Shown here: in pieces, positions 24,905 through 33,111 of the stretch
Layout of the letters: each line of letters opens with the position of its first letter
How positions within the stretch are numbered: the first letter of the stretch is position 1
IMG/VR virus record: IMGVR_UViG_3300031576_001289
Span: 1-34,944 of that record
Strand: one strand, 5' to 3'
DNA length: 34,944 nt
From: a virus
Taxonomy: Duplodnaviria; Caudoviricetes
Made by a program: the position numbers and the translations under genes
Notes under the pieces: generated by a model
The model's input: the letters and a program-made list of their open reading frames with translations, nothing else
The model's database searches: none
What the model was told of the DNA's origin: nothing

Positions 24905-26304
24905 CTCAGCTCGGCTCCCGCTCTACTGTCGGCGTGCCTGACCTGGGCGCGGCCGGCGTGCATCCTGAATGAGACGGCCACGATCTCGCCGTCGCCGGCC
25001 TGGTAGCCGCCGAGGATGTCGCCGGCGGTCGTGATCGTGAACGTCCCGGTGAGCGACGTCGAGCCGAACGTCGTGCGCAGCCCAGCCGTCTGCGCGGCGA
25101 ACGTCGCGGTGAGAGACGTGGAGCCGAACGTCTTACGCGTCCCGACTGTCGCGGTGGTGACGGTGACGGTGACGGAGCTGGCCCCGAACGTCTTACGCGT
25201 CCCCGCAGTCGTGACGGCGGCGGTCTCGGTGAGCGACGCAGCCCCGAAGGTCGAGCGTGTCCCGGCCGTTGCTGCGGCCACGGTGACGGTGAGGCTGGCG
25301 GCGCCGAACACCTGGCGAGCCCCGGCCGTGACGATGCCGACGGCCGTCGTCAGGCTCGCCGCGCCGAAGGTGGTGCGGGTGCCGGCCGTCTGGATCCCGG
25401 CCGCCGTCGTCCGCGACACCTGCCCGAACGTTGCCCGGGTGCCAGCCGTCGTGACCTGCGCCGTCGTCGTCAACGACGTGGCGGCGGTGGCAGTCCGTAT
25501 CCCGTTCGTGGTGATCTGCGCCGTCACCGTCAGCGACGTCGCACCGAACACCTTGCGCACGCCCGCGGTCGTGATCGAGGCCGTGGTTGTCTGCGACGCC
25601 TGCCCGAAGGTGGTGCGTGTCCCGGCCACGGTGATGCCCGCCGTCGTCGTCCGTGACACGACACCCGTGAACGTCTCCACTTCCGACACGCACAGCGCGA
25701 CGAACGCGAGGTCGTCGGAGGTGAGCGTCGACCAGCCGATCGTGTGATCCGCAGAGTCGACGGTTGTCTCCCGGCATGTCTGCGCGTAGAACGCGCCCAG
25801 GTCCTCGGTGGGGCCGAGCGTGTTCCCGGTGGCGAGGGTGCCGCCTGGCGCGCCCCCGCCTCCGTACATGGCGCACAGCGAGATGCCGGTGCGGTCGCCC
25901 TTCTGCAAGGTCACCGTCGGGTTGGCCGCGTTCTCGCTGATCGAGTCGAAGTCGATCACTTTCGTGTTGTCGGCGGCGGTGAGCGTCGTGGACACGCCCT
26001 GCAGGTCGTCGGTTGTGGCCGACGCCAGGTCGACGCTGACGGTCTGCGCCCCGCTGGGGATGCCGGCCCCGAGGAACCACAGCTCGGCGGCGCCCGGCTC
26101 GGTCGCGGTATCGGTGGCGCGTACAATCCGGGTCATCGCGACGGCGCCGTAGGTGACCGAGACGACATGGTCGGTTGACGACGTGCCGTGGACGATCGAG
26201 ACGATCACGGCGCGGGGGGTGCCGGCCGGCGTGTGCGTCCACGTCCACGGGTCGGAGGTGCCGATGCGGACGTTCTCGACTTCGGCGTCGAAAGCAACGG
26301 CCAC
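24901..26304 (-). CDS. Fibre-like protein with Thr-rich 20-aa repeats
   Basis: About 10 copies of AGTRxTFGxxSLTxTxxxTT. Confidence 0.75.
   Translation of the reverse strand: MAVAFDAEVENVRIGTSDPWTWTHTPAGTPRAVIVSIVHGTSSTDHVVSVTYGAVAMTRIVRATDTATEPGAAELWFLGAGIPSGAQTVSVDLASATTDDLQGVSTTLTAADNTKVIDFDSISENAANPTVTLQKGDRTGISLCAMYGGGGAPGGTLATGNTLGPTEDLGAFYAQTCRETTVDSADHTIGWSTLTSDDLAFVALCVSEVETFTGVVSRTTTAGITVAGTRTTFGQASQTTTASITTAGVRKVFGATSLTVTAQITTNGIRTATAATSLTTTAQVTTAGTRATFGQVSRTTAAGIQTAGTRTTFGAASLTTAVGIVTAGARQVFGAASLTVTVAAATAGTRSTFGAASLTETAAVTTAGTRKTFGASSVTVTVTTATVGTRKTFGSTSLTATFAAQTAGLRTTFGSTSLTGTFTITTAGDILGGYQAGDGEIVAVSFRMHAGRAQVRHADSRAGAELR
24920..24932 (-). promoter_or_regulatory. Late motif copy 9 (variant, leadered)
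   Basis: CCGACAGTAGAGC followed by GGGAG SD and ATG 24904. Confidence 0.6.
25020..25670 (-). repeat. Degenerate 60-bp coding repeat
   Basis: 20-aa periodicity in the translation. Confidence 0.75.
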
Positions 26305-26316
26305 CGGGCCGCCCCC

Positions 26317-26709
26317 CTACGCCGCTACGGGCGTCAGGTTGAGGTCGAGGTCGCCGATCGCGATCGAGAAGTTGTCGCCCACAGCGACCGTCCTCGCGAC
26401 CGCCAGGTCGTCGGAGCCGAGGAACGTGCCAGCCGTCGACGCATCCCAGAACGACACGTGCGAATACGTCTCCGCGTTCGGCACGTTCGTCCAATCCAGA
26501 GCCGCCGAGTTCGTGATCGCCCCGGCCGAGGCGGCCGACATCGTCGCCTGCTTCCGCGTCGTGTTCGCCGCAGCCGCCGTGGTCCCAGCCGCCCCCGGAT
26601 CCGCGGTGTGCAGCTTGACCCAGAACGCGGCCGGCTGCGTCCACGCCACGTTGCGGCACAACGCGTCCAAGATCGAGTTGCAGATTGCCGATGCGAGTCC
26701 GACTGCCAT
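26317..26709 (-). CDS. Small virion fibre-base protein
   Basis: FWVKLHTADPGAAGT...SHVSFWDASTAGTFL. Confidence 0.8.
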   Translation of the reverse strand: MAVGLASAICNSILDALCRNVAWTQPAAFWVKLHTADPGAAGTTAAAANTTRKQATMSAASAGAITNSAALDWTNVPNAETYSHVSFWDASTAGTFLGSDDLAVARTVAVGDNFSIAIGDLDLNLTPVAA

Positions 26710-26712
26710 CCG

Positions 26713-26725
26713 CGCCTACTATCGG
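26713..26725 (-). promoter_or_regulatory. Late motif copy 10
   Basis: CCGATAGTAGGCG-CGG-ATG; also supplies the stop of the upstream 59-aa ORF. Confidence 0.75.
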
Positions 26726-26898
26726 ACGGCTGCGTCGTCTTGCTCCGCTCGGAACTCCCGCTCCGCCATCCGAGCAAGCCACAGCCTCCGCATCAGCGAC
26801 CGGCCGCGTGTGCGGAGCCGATGGCGGTTGCGGTTGCGGTTCACGTTCACTGGGTGCCGCCAGCCGCTCCGCTTGGCGTGGCCGCGCGAGCGCCTCAT
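26719..26898 (-). CDS. 59-aa Arg-rich peptide
   Basis: ATGA overlap with the portal stop; ends at the TAG inside the motif. Confidence 0.45.
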   Translation of the reverse strand: MRRSRGHAKRSGWRHPVNVNRNRNRHRLRTRGRSLMRRLWLARMAEREFRAEQDDAAVR

Positions 26899-28358
26899 TC
26901 GGCGAGGCCGTCGCCTTCGCGGCCCACCCGGTTGCGTGCCACCCCGACGTCGTCGGGCAGCGCGTTCACCACCAGGGCGAGCGTCTCCTCGTCGAGGCCC
27001 GCCTGGGCGAGCAGCTGCCGGAGCCGCTCCCGGTCGACACCCATCGAGTCGAGGTCGTTCGGCAACTTGCCGAGGCCGAGCTCCTCGCGCACGTCGTCCT
27101 GCGCGGCGCGGTCGTTGAGCATGAACCCGGCGGCGTCGAGGATCCCGACCGCCTTCGCGACCGTGTCGATGTCACGCGGCTTGATCTTCGACACCCTCAG
27201 CACCGGGCAGCGGCGCTCGGCCGCTTCCACACCGAAGTTGACTTGGACGATGCGGCGGATCACCTGCCGCATCCGCTCATACCGCAGATCCTCGGCCAAC
27301 GCCTCGCAGGCGAGGTAGAACGGGTTCGCCTGCGTCTCCGCCGTCGCCCGCGCCCCAGTCTGACCGAGCCCCTGACGGGAGAAGTGCTGCAACCCGGCCT
27401 CCGCGATCTGCTCCGAACACCACCGAAGGAGCGGCACCGGATCCGCCAGCGACGCGGCGGCCGACATGATCTCGGCGTCCCACTCCGAGTCTTCCTTGCC
27501 GCCGCCGGGCGGCACCGGGAACCGCAGGTAGGCGCGCTGGTGGCCTCGCAACGAACGGCCGATCTCCTTCGCCACCTCCACCCCTTCGGGCGTGTCCGGG
27601 TGGAACAGCTTCGGGATCCCCATCGCGAACCGGTCCCAACCGATGCCGGCATGAATGATCAGGAACTTCTTCAGCGTCCACGCCCCCCACGCCGGCCGCA
27701 GCAGCGAGACGCCGTCCCAGTGGTTGCCCTCCCGCTCGAACGTCATGTAGCTGACCTTGTCGCCGGGCATCGGCTTCACGTTCGGCAGGTTCTGCGTCAC
27801 CCGCTTCGGGGTGCCGTCGTCGGCCCACTCGAACCGGTCGATCGACACCGTCGGCCGCAAAGCGAGCTTCGCGAGCGGGCGCACGAGATGCTCGTCGCCG
27901 TCTGCGTCCCGCCAGACGCGGGCGTCGCCCCACACGAGCTCCTCGACGCAGGCGCCGAACGGCAGCATCGACAGCCCCTGCTCGAGCTGCTTCGGCCAGC
28001 TGAGGTTGAGCCAGCCGAGGTGCCCGCCCAACCCGAGGTTCTCGGCCACGAGATCGCGGATCGCTTTCGACACCGGGTCGCGTTCGTCGGCGGGGTCGAG
28101 CAACCAGCGGGCCGAGCGGACGGTCAGGGTGGGCATGAACAGCAGGCTCTTCACGGTCGCGTCCGTCTTGCGCATTTCGTCGTAGACGCGATGCTTGGCG
28201 CGGCCTGTCAGCTCCGGGTTGATGTCGGGGCCGCCGCCGAGCAGCCCCTTCAGCCACTCCTCGCCGTCGGCTCCGGCCTCACCGCGGTCGGGGCCGGTGA
28301 GATCGCCGACCGGCAGGCTGGCGTAGGAGCGGTCGAACAGGGTGGCTCGGAACCTCAC
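26895..28358 (-). CDS. Portal protein (Mu gp29/DUF935-like)
   Basis: YDEMRKTDATV, MLPFGACVEELVW, GVSLLRPAW..W..K, DRFAMGIP. Confidence 0.9.
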   Translation of the reverse strand: MRFRATLFDRSYASLPVGDLTGPDRGEAGADGEEWLKGLLGGGPDINPELTGRAKHRVYDEMRKTDATVKSLLFMPTLTVRSARWLLDPADERDPVSKAIRDLVAENLGLGGHLGWLNLSWPKQLEQGLSMLPFGACVEELVWGDARVWRDADGDEHLVRPLAKLALRPTVSIDRFEWADDGTPKRVTQNLPNVKPMPGDKVSYMTFEREGNHWDGVSLLRPAWGAWTLKKFLIIHAGIGWDRFAMGIPKLFHPDTPEGVEVAKEIGRSLRGHQRAYLRFPVPPGGGKEDSEWDAEIMSAAASLADPVPLLRWCSEQIAEAGLQHFSRQGLGQTGARATAETQANPFYLACEALAEDLRYERMRQVIRRIVQVNFGVEAAERRCPVLRVSKIKPRDIDTVAKAVGILDAAGFMLNDRAAQDDVREELGLGKLPNDLDSMGVDRERLRQLLAQAGLDEETLALVVNALPDDVGVARNRVGREGDGLAE

Positions 28359-28371
28359 GGCCTACTATCGC
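28359..28371 (-). promoter_or_regulatory. Late motif copy 11
   Basis: GCGATAGTAGGCC immediately before GTG 28358. Confidence 0.8.
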
Positions 28372-28387
28372 GGCGCCCGCGGCCGCC

Positions 28388-30202
28388 TCAGAGGACGCCG
28401 CCCGACAGCGGCGCCATCTCGTCGTCACCCGAGAACGCCGCGCGCGCCAGCTGCCGCCGGCGGGTGAGCGGATGCTGCTCAGGGTCGGGCGCATCCGGGG
28501 AAGGCCAGCCGTGGGTGCGCTCGTCCGGCGGCGGAAACGTCGCCACCGCCCAATAGGCGAACGCGCGGCAGGCGTGGTTGTGCACGTCGTCCTCCAAGTC
28601 CATCCCCTTGCCGTAGCGGACCTCGCCGGTGGCGCTCGAGCGCCACCGGTTCGACGCCAGGTGCGTCGCGAACTCGGCCGCATTGACGCCGCAGACCCGA
28701 AGCGGCTTCGGCGACCCGACGAGCAGCCGCTTCACGCAGTCGATCGTCACCTTGACGGTGCGCAGGCGGCCCGGCGGCCGACCGATGTTGAAGCCCTGCA
28801 TCCGGTACTGCGACACGATCGGGCGGCCCGTTGTGAGCGACCTGTCGTGGCCGGAGGGGTCGCCGACACAGCGCAGATGCCGCGTAACGTCAGGCTTCGT
28901 CTCGACCGCGCTCAAGCCGAGCTGCATCAGGTACAGACGAAGCTCGGCGGCGACATGCTCGGGCACCCCCGACATGTTGTGCTGCGACCCCATCTCCAGC
29001 AGCCCGACAATCCTGACCTCGTCGACGGCGTTCTGGATCACGACGACCGAGGTGGTGTCGAGGCCGTAGTCCCAGGCGAGCTCGACCGGCGTCAAAGGCG
29101 ACCCGGCCTCCGACATCACGATCTCGATGCCGTCGGCGACGACGTGCACAGCGGGGTCGAACTCGGTGAACACCCGGCCGGGCAAAGATCCGTGCCGGTC
29201 GATGTCGAGCTCGGCCGCGACCTGCTCGTCGGTCTTCTCGAGCACCTCCTGGTCGTACCACGGTGATGTCAGCTTGCCGCGGTAGCGGTGCGCCCGCGGG
29301 TTCGACGGATCCCACCGCACGCCGTCACGGACGCCGTCGCACATGCTGCAGCCCTCAAGCTCACCGGCGACGTGGGCGCCGAGCCCGTAGACGGGATGGC
29401 CCGACCAGTGCAGCCGCAGATACGTCCACCCGAGCGGCTTCTGATCGGCGAGACGGGCATGCATGTTCGTCGACCCCCGCGGCGTCGACAGGTACGCCTT
29501 CCCCGTCGGGCACGCCGACGACAGCGACGCATGCACGAGCTCGCCGTGTTGCACGCGGGCGGCCTCGTCGACGACAGCGAAGTCCAATGACTGGCCTCGG
29601 CCGGGGTCGTCTCCCTGCCCCTCCCCGTAGACGACGGCGCCGTTCGAGGGGTTCTCGATCTTCGACGGCTTCTGCTTGAACGTGAGCGGCCCGGCAAGGT
29701 AGGCGAGCCGGTCGCGGGGGAGCCGCTGGTCGATGTAGCGCACCTTCCCGAACAGGCTCTTCGGCGTGTTCGCTGCGCCGCCGTCGTCTATCTCGGCCAG
29801 GTCGACGTGCATGCACAGGCCCGCTACCGGATGGTGGTGGACGAGCCACGCGATGACGGCTGCGAACAGCCACGTCTCGCCGATCTGCCGGCTCTTCTCG
29901 ATCACCAGGTTGGAGAAGAAGCGAAGCTGGCCGGTTAGTGCGAGGTGGTCGAGGTCGATCCAGCCGCGGATCGTCTGCTGCTGGTCGGGGAACAGCCGCA
30001 TCTTGACGTTGCGGACCTGCTGGCGGTCGTACCCCTCCGAGGGCAGGAAGCTGGCGATCCAGACGTGGTCGTCGATCCAGCCGAAAGGGTCGCGGGCGTA
30101 CGTCTCAGCCTGGGTGAGCTCGACCTGGCGTTCGTCGCGGCGGGCCCGCCGCAGCTCCAGGCCCCTGACGGAGCCGCCGGCCAGCTCCTCGAGCGCGCTC
30201 AT
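28388..30202 (-). CDS. terL: Terminase large subunit
   Basis: EKSRQIGETW (Walker A), VVDEAA (Walker B), YLSTP, AWDYG and GDPSG nuclease motifs. Confidence 0.93.
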   Translation of the reverse strand: MSALEELAGGSVRGLELRRARRDERQVELTQAETYARDPFGWIDDHVWIASFLPSEGYDRQQVRNVKMRLFPDQQQTIRGWIDLDHLALTGQLRFFSNLVIEKSRQIGETWLFAAVIAWLVHHHPVAGLCMHVDLAEIDDGGAANTPKSLFGKVRYIDQRLPRDRLAYLAGPLTFKQKPSKIENPSNGAVVYGEGQGDDPGRGQSLDFAVVDEAARVQHGELVHASLSSACPTGKAYLSTPRGSTNMHARLADQKPLGWTYLRLHWSGHPVYGLGAHVAGELEGCSMCDGVRDGVRWDPSNPRAHRYRGKLTSPWYDQEVLEKTDEQVAAELDIDRHGSLPGRVFTEFDPAVHVVADGIEIVMSEAGSPLTPVELAWDYGLDTTSVVVIQNAVDEVRIVGLLEMGSQHNMSGVPEHVAAELRLYLMQLGLSAVETKPDVTRHLRCVGDPSGHDRSLTTGRPIVSQYRMQGFNIGRPPGRLRTVKVTIDCVKRLLVGSPKPLRVCGVNAAEFATHLASNRWRSSATGEVRYGKGMDLEDDVHNHACRAFAYWAVATFPPPDERTHGWPSPDAPDPEQHPLTRRRQLARAAFSGDDEMAPLSGGVL

Positions 30203-30324
30203 CGCCGTCGGCGCGGACGCTTTTGCTTGCGTGCCCTGCGGAGCCTGCGCCGATCTTTCTCGAGCTCGCGGACGTCCTTGCCGAGCCGCTCGAGCGCCGC
30301 CGTCATACCCGGCACGCGCGCCAT
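30199..30324 (-). CDS. 41-aa basic peptide MARVPGMTAALERLGKDVRELEKDRRRLRRARKQKRPRRRR
   Basis: TGATG and ATGA overlaps on both sides. Confidence 0.6.
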   Translation of the reverse strand: MARVPGMTAALERLGKDVRELEKDRRRLRRARKQKRPRRRR

Positions 30325-30599
30325 CAGCTGCCGTCGGCCGGGTCGGGCATGCGGCCGCGCCGCAGCGGCCCGAGCTTGCCGTCCCGTTCGACGAGCGTCC
30401 CCGCTGGGTACTCCGGCTCGGCGGGCCTGTCGACGGTGGGGGACGCTTCGACGGTCAGCAGCAGCGCCACGACGGGGCCGCCGACTGCGGCAACCACGGC
30501 GATCGCCCAGGCGACGTACAGGCCAACGAGGCAGAGCGCGACCACGTAGGCGGTGGCGCCGGCGAGCAGCGCGAGCCGGCGGAAGACGTCAGCGGTCAC
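30324..30599 (-). CDS. Small membrane protein
   Basis: Long hydrophobic stretch; GTGA overlap at 30596-30599. Confidence 0.7.
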   Translation of the reverse strand: MTADVFRRLALLAGATAYVVALCLVGLYVAWAIAVVAAVGGPVVALLLTVEASPTVDRPAEPEYPAGTLVERDGKLGPLRRGRMPDPADGS

Positions 30600-30960
30600 A
30601 GCTCGGCTCCGCAGGGGCAGCGGTCGGGGAGTGTCCAGCCGGGCTTGCCGTTGGGGGCGCAGGCGTAGGTTCGCCATCCGCAACCTGCGCAGTCCGCGAA
30701 CGCTCGATTTCGGAGCGTGCCTCCTCGACCCTGCGTCTCAGACCCTCCGACAGCTCCCGGGCGCCTGCGGCCGCCTGCAGGATCAGCTCTCTGCGCAGCA
30801 GCTGCACCCTGGTCGCGACCCAGTCCTCTGACCGGCCCGTCTCGACCGCGATCCTCCGGTAGCTCAACCCAGCCGCGAGGAAAGACCCGCAGATCCGGAT
30901 CGTCTCGGCCGCCTCTACGGTCAGCTGCCCCGGGTCGATCACCTGCAGGATCTCCGTCAT
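30589..30960 (-). CDS. Sigma70 region-4-like HTH protein nested in the +1 frame (alternative start GTG 31020)
   Basis: GLSYRRIAVETGRSEDWVATRVQLLRREL; strong GC3 bias in this frame from 30960 to about 30700. Confidence 0.7.
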   Translation of the reverse strand: MTEILQVIDPGQLTVEAAETIRICGSFLAAGLSYRRIAVETGRSEDWVATRVQLLRRELILQAAAGARELSEGLRRRVEEARSEIERSRTAQVADGEPTPAPPTASPAGHSPTAAPAEPSCDR

Positions 30961-31333
30961 CGACGCCGCCGTCCCGGAACGCCTGCTCGAAGGCCCGCTC
31001 GTCAACGACCCGCTTCTCACCGGCCCTCCCGTTGTACGACCGCCAGTAGTCGATCAGCGCCCACACGAGCTGCTGGTACAGCCAGGGGCCGAACTCGATC
31101 CCGGGCTTCGGCGTGAACCTGCCGGAGCGGATCCAGGCCTCGCCGATCAGGAACGTAAGATCCTCGTCGTAGTCGCGCTCCGACAGCCGCGTCGGCAGCC
31201 TCGACGTGAGCCGGTTCAGCACGCCACGGCACAGACCCTCCACGCCGCCTGCGCCGACGTCGCCCTGCGAGAGTTCCAGGATCACGGGCAGCATCCCGCC
31301 CGCATGCTGGTTCGCGACGGCTGCAACGGTCAC
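30596..31333 (-). CDS. Sigma70 region-2-like protein with C-terminal Zn ribbon
   Basis: DYDEDLTFLIGEAWIRSGRFTPKPGIEFGPWLYQQLVWALIDYWRS; CAGC...CPCG; GTGA overlaps at both ends. Confidence 0.7.
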   Translation of the reverse strand: MTVAAVANQHAGGMLPVILELSQGDVGAGGVEGLCRGVLNRLTSRLPTRLSERDYDEDLTFLIGEAWIRSGRFTPKPGIEFGPWLYQQLVWALIDYWRSYNGRAGEKRVVDERAFEQAFRDGGVDDGDPAGDRPGAADRRGGRDDPDLRVFPRGWVELPEDRGRDGPVRGLGRDQGAAAAQRADPAGGRRRPGAVGGSETQGRGGTLRNRAFADCAGCGWRTYACAPNGKPGWTLPDRCPCGAEL

Positions 31334-31587
31334 GCGGCACCCGTCTGGATCTCCTCCGCCCACGCCGCGAGCGCAGCCTTGGCCGTCTCCGTCAGCCGCA
31401 CCATGCCGCCGACCCGCGCCACGTACCGCTCCCGCTCCAACGCCCGCAACGCCGCCCTCACAACGTGCTCGGGCTGACCGAGCTCCGCCTCCAACTGGGC
31501 GACCGAACGCTCGCCGCCGTGCATGTCCAGCACCGGCGGGATCACCGCCGCGACCGCTGCGACCCGGCGGCGAAACCGGTCGTTCAC
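31330..31587 (-). CDS. Winged-HTH protein
   Basis: RSVAQLEAELGQPEHVVRAALRALERERYV. Confidence 0.75.
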   Translation of the reverse strand: MNDRFRRRVAAVAAVIPPVLDMHGGERSVAQLEAELGQPEHVVRAALRALERERYVARVGGMVRLTETAKAALAAWAEEIQTGAA

Positions 31588-32165
31588 GCCGGCACCTCGC
31601 GGCTATCACGTGCTGCCGCCGCCACCGCCCGCAGCGTCTCGTCCAGCGTCTCCACCACCATCTTGGCCCCCCCAGCGTCCACCCGAGCGGCCAGCTCCTC
31701 GAGCGCGACCACGGCGTCGTTGTAGGCGTCGATCAGCGGCCGGATCTCCGCCACCTCCACCCGGTTTGTTGCCTCACCAGCGTACAGCTGCTCGAGATGC
31801 GCCAACCTCGGCAGCACCCGCAACGCCACGCTCGGGTCAAGCTCGACGGCCGGGTCGAGCACCGTGTCACGGCACTTGTTCGCGACCAGAATGTTCTGCC
31901 GCTGCCGCTGCTCGATCGAGCGCACTGCCTCCCGCTCGAGCCTCACCGCGACCTGCGCCTCCAGCTTCGCCAGCCGCTCGCTCCACCCCTCCCTGTTGCC
32001 GACCCTGCGAACAGCGCCTTCGCTGACGCCGAAGTGTCTGGCGACCTGCGCGTAGCTGCGGCTGTGCCCTTGGTCGATGTAGAGCGCGAATGCTGCGTCG
32101 TAGTCGAAGCGTCTCCGTCCGCTGCGGAGCGGGGGTTTGCGGCGGCTAGCGGCGGGGGCGGTCAT
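31584..32165 (-). CDS. Terminase small subunit-like HTH protein
   Basis: AFALYIDQGHSRSYAQVARHFGVS...EGWSER followed by helices. Confidence 0.65.
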   Translation of the reverse strand: MTAPAASRRKPPLRSGRRRFDYDAAFALYIDQGHSRSYAQVARHFGVSEGAVRRVGNREGWSERLAKLEAQVAVRLEREAVRSIEQRQRQNILVANKCRDTVLDPAVELDPSVALRVLPRLAHLEQLYAGEATNRVEVAEIRPLIDAYNDAVVALEELAARVDAGGAKMVVETLDETLRAVAAAARDSREVPA

Positions 32166-32208
32166 TGCGGCTGGTTGGTGATGGTAGCGGTCAGTTGCGG
32201 ATGGTGTG

Positions 32209-33108
32209 TTATGCGGGTTGCGGTTCGGGGTCGTCGTCGAGCTGGCCGCGGAGTGGGGTGAGCTGGGCGGGGGGTGGGGCTCCGACGCCTGTGCGGTGCT
32301 CGGCGTCGATGTGGTCCTCGCGTTCGGTGTAGGACGCGAGGACGAGGTCGCATTCGGGGCAACGGTGGACGAGGGGTTTCGTGGTGGAGCGGCTGCCGGT
32401 GGCTCCGGGGGCGACGGTCGACTGTGGTTCGGCGGGCCAGTCGGCGCCGGAGGCGTAGTTCTGCCAGGCGAGCGCTCCGGGGGTGTGGCAGGTCGGGTCG
32501 TTGAGGGCGTGTTTGAGCCAGGCGATGGCTCGGTCTGGGTCTTCGGCTGCGGCGGTCTGTTGCTTGGGGCTGCGCCAGCCGGCGTGGCGGAGGCGTTCGA
32601 GGCGGGGGTCTTGCTCTTGGTCGTGGTCGGCAGCAGCAGCGTGGGGCGCGGCGTCTAGGTCCACGTTTGCTGCTGGTGTAGTACTTGGTTTAGTACTTGG
32701 GGTGGGGTTGGGGACGGGACGCGCGCGCGCGGCTGCGCGCGTAGCGGCGTTCCCGGCGTTCCTTTCTCCGTTCCCCTCCCGTTCCTCGTCCGTTCCTTCG
32801 TCGTTACCGTGGCGTTCCTTGAAGCGTCGTTTGCGTTCGGCGCTGGTGGGGTCGACGGGGTTGTAGACGGCCCAGTCATTGACTGTGTAGACGTCGTCTG
32901 CGGTTTCGAGGAGCGCAAGCTCGAGGAGACGGCCGCGCAGGCGCGCGTCGATGCCCACCTCCGTCAGGGCCTCTTGTGTGATGCGTCCGCGGGTGCGGTA
33001 GCGGGCGCAGTAGAGGAGGACGCGTGTCCAGCGCCAGCGTTGCTGTTCGGGCAGGCTGAGCAGCTTGGGGTGAGTATCGTACCCGTCGTCGAGGCGGAGC
33101 CAGGCCAT
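32209..33108 (-). CDS. Phage replication initiator with C-terminal C2H2 finger
   Basis: MAWLRLDDGYDTHPK, VNDWAVYNP, AERKRRFKER; CPEC...H...H; internal iterons. Confidence 0.75.
   Translation of the reverse strand: MAWLRLDDGYDTHPKLLSLPEQQRWRWTRVLLYCARYRTRGRITQEALTEVGIDARLRGRLLELALLETADDVYTVNDWAVYNPVDPTSAERKRRFKERHGNDEGTDEEREGNGERNAGNAATRAAARARPVPNPTPSTKPSTTPAANVDLDAAPHAAAADHDQEQDPRLERLRHAGWRSPKQQTAAAEDPDRAIAWLKHALNDPTCHTPGALAWQNYASGADWPAEPQSTVAPGATGSRSTTKPLVHRCPECDLVLASYTEREDHIDAEHRTGVGAPPPAQLTPLRGQLDDDPEPQPA
32748..32818. repeat. Iteron-like array (candidate origin)
   Basis: CGTT(C/A)C at 32748, 32757, 32769, 32780, 32791, 32802, 32813. Confidence 0.65.
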
Positions 33109-33111
33109 CCG

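Noticed and set aside
4907-28371. Motif TAGTAG as a stop-codon readthrough or recoding signal
   Set aside because: In frame with the upstream gene in only two copies; also precedes a tRNA and occurs out of frame inside a CDS
4907-28371. Motif as a ribosome-binding site
   Set aside because: Too close to start codons, weak anti-SD match, present before a tRNA, and followed by a separate SD at 24920; not fully excluded
28555-28600. TerL C-terminal HNHACRAFAY lacking the usual Asp, suggesting an inactive nuclease
   Set aside because: Nearby acidic residues (EDD) could substitute; cannot be judged without an alignment
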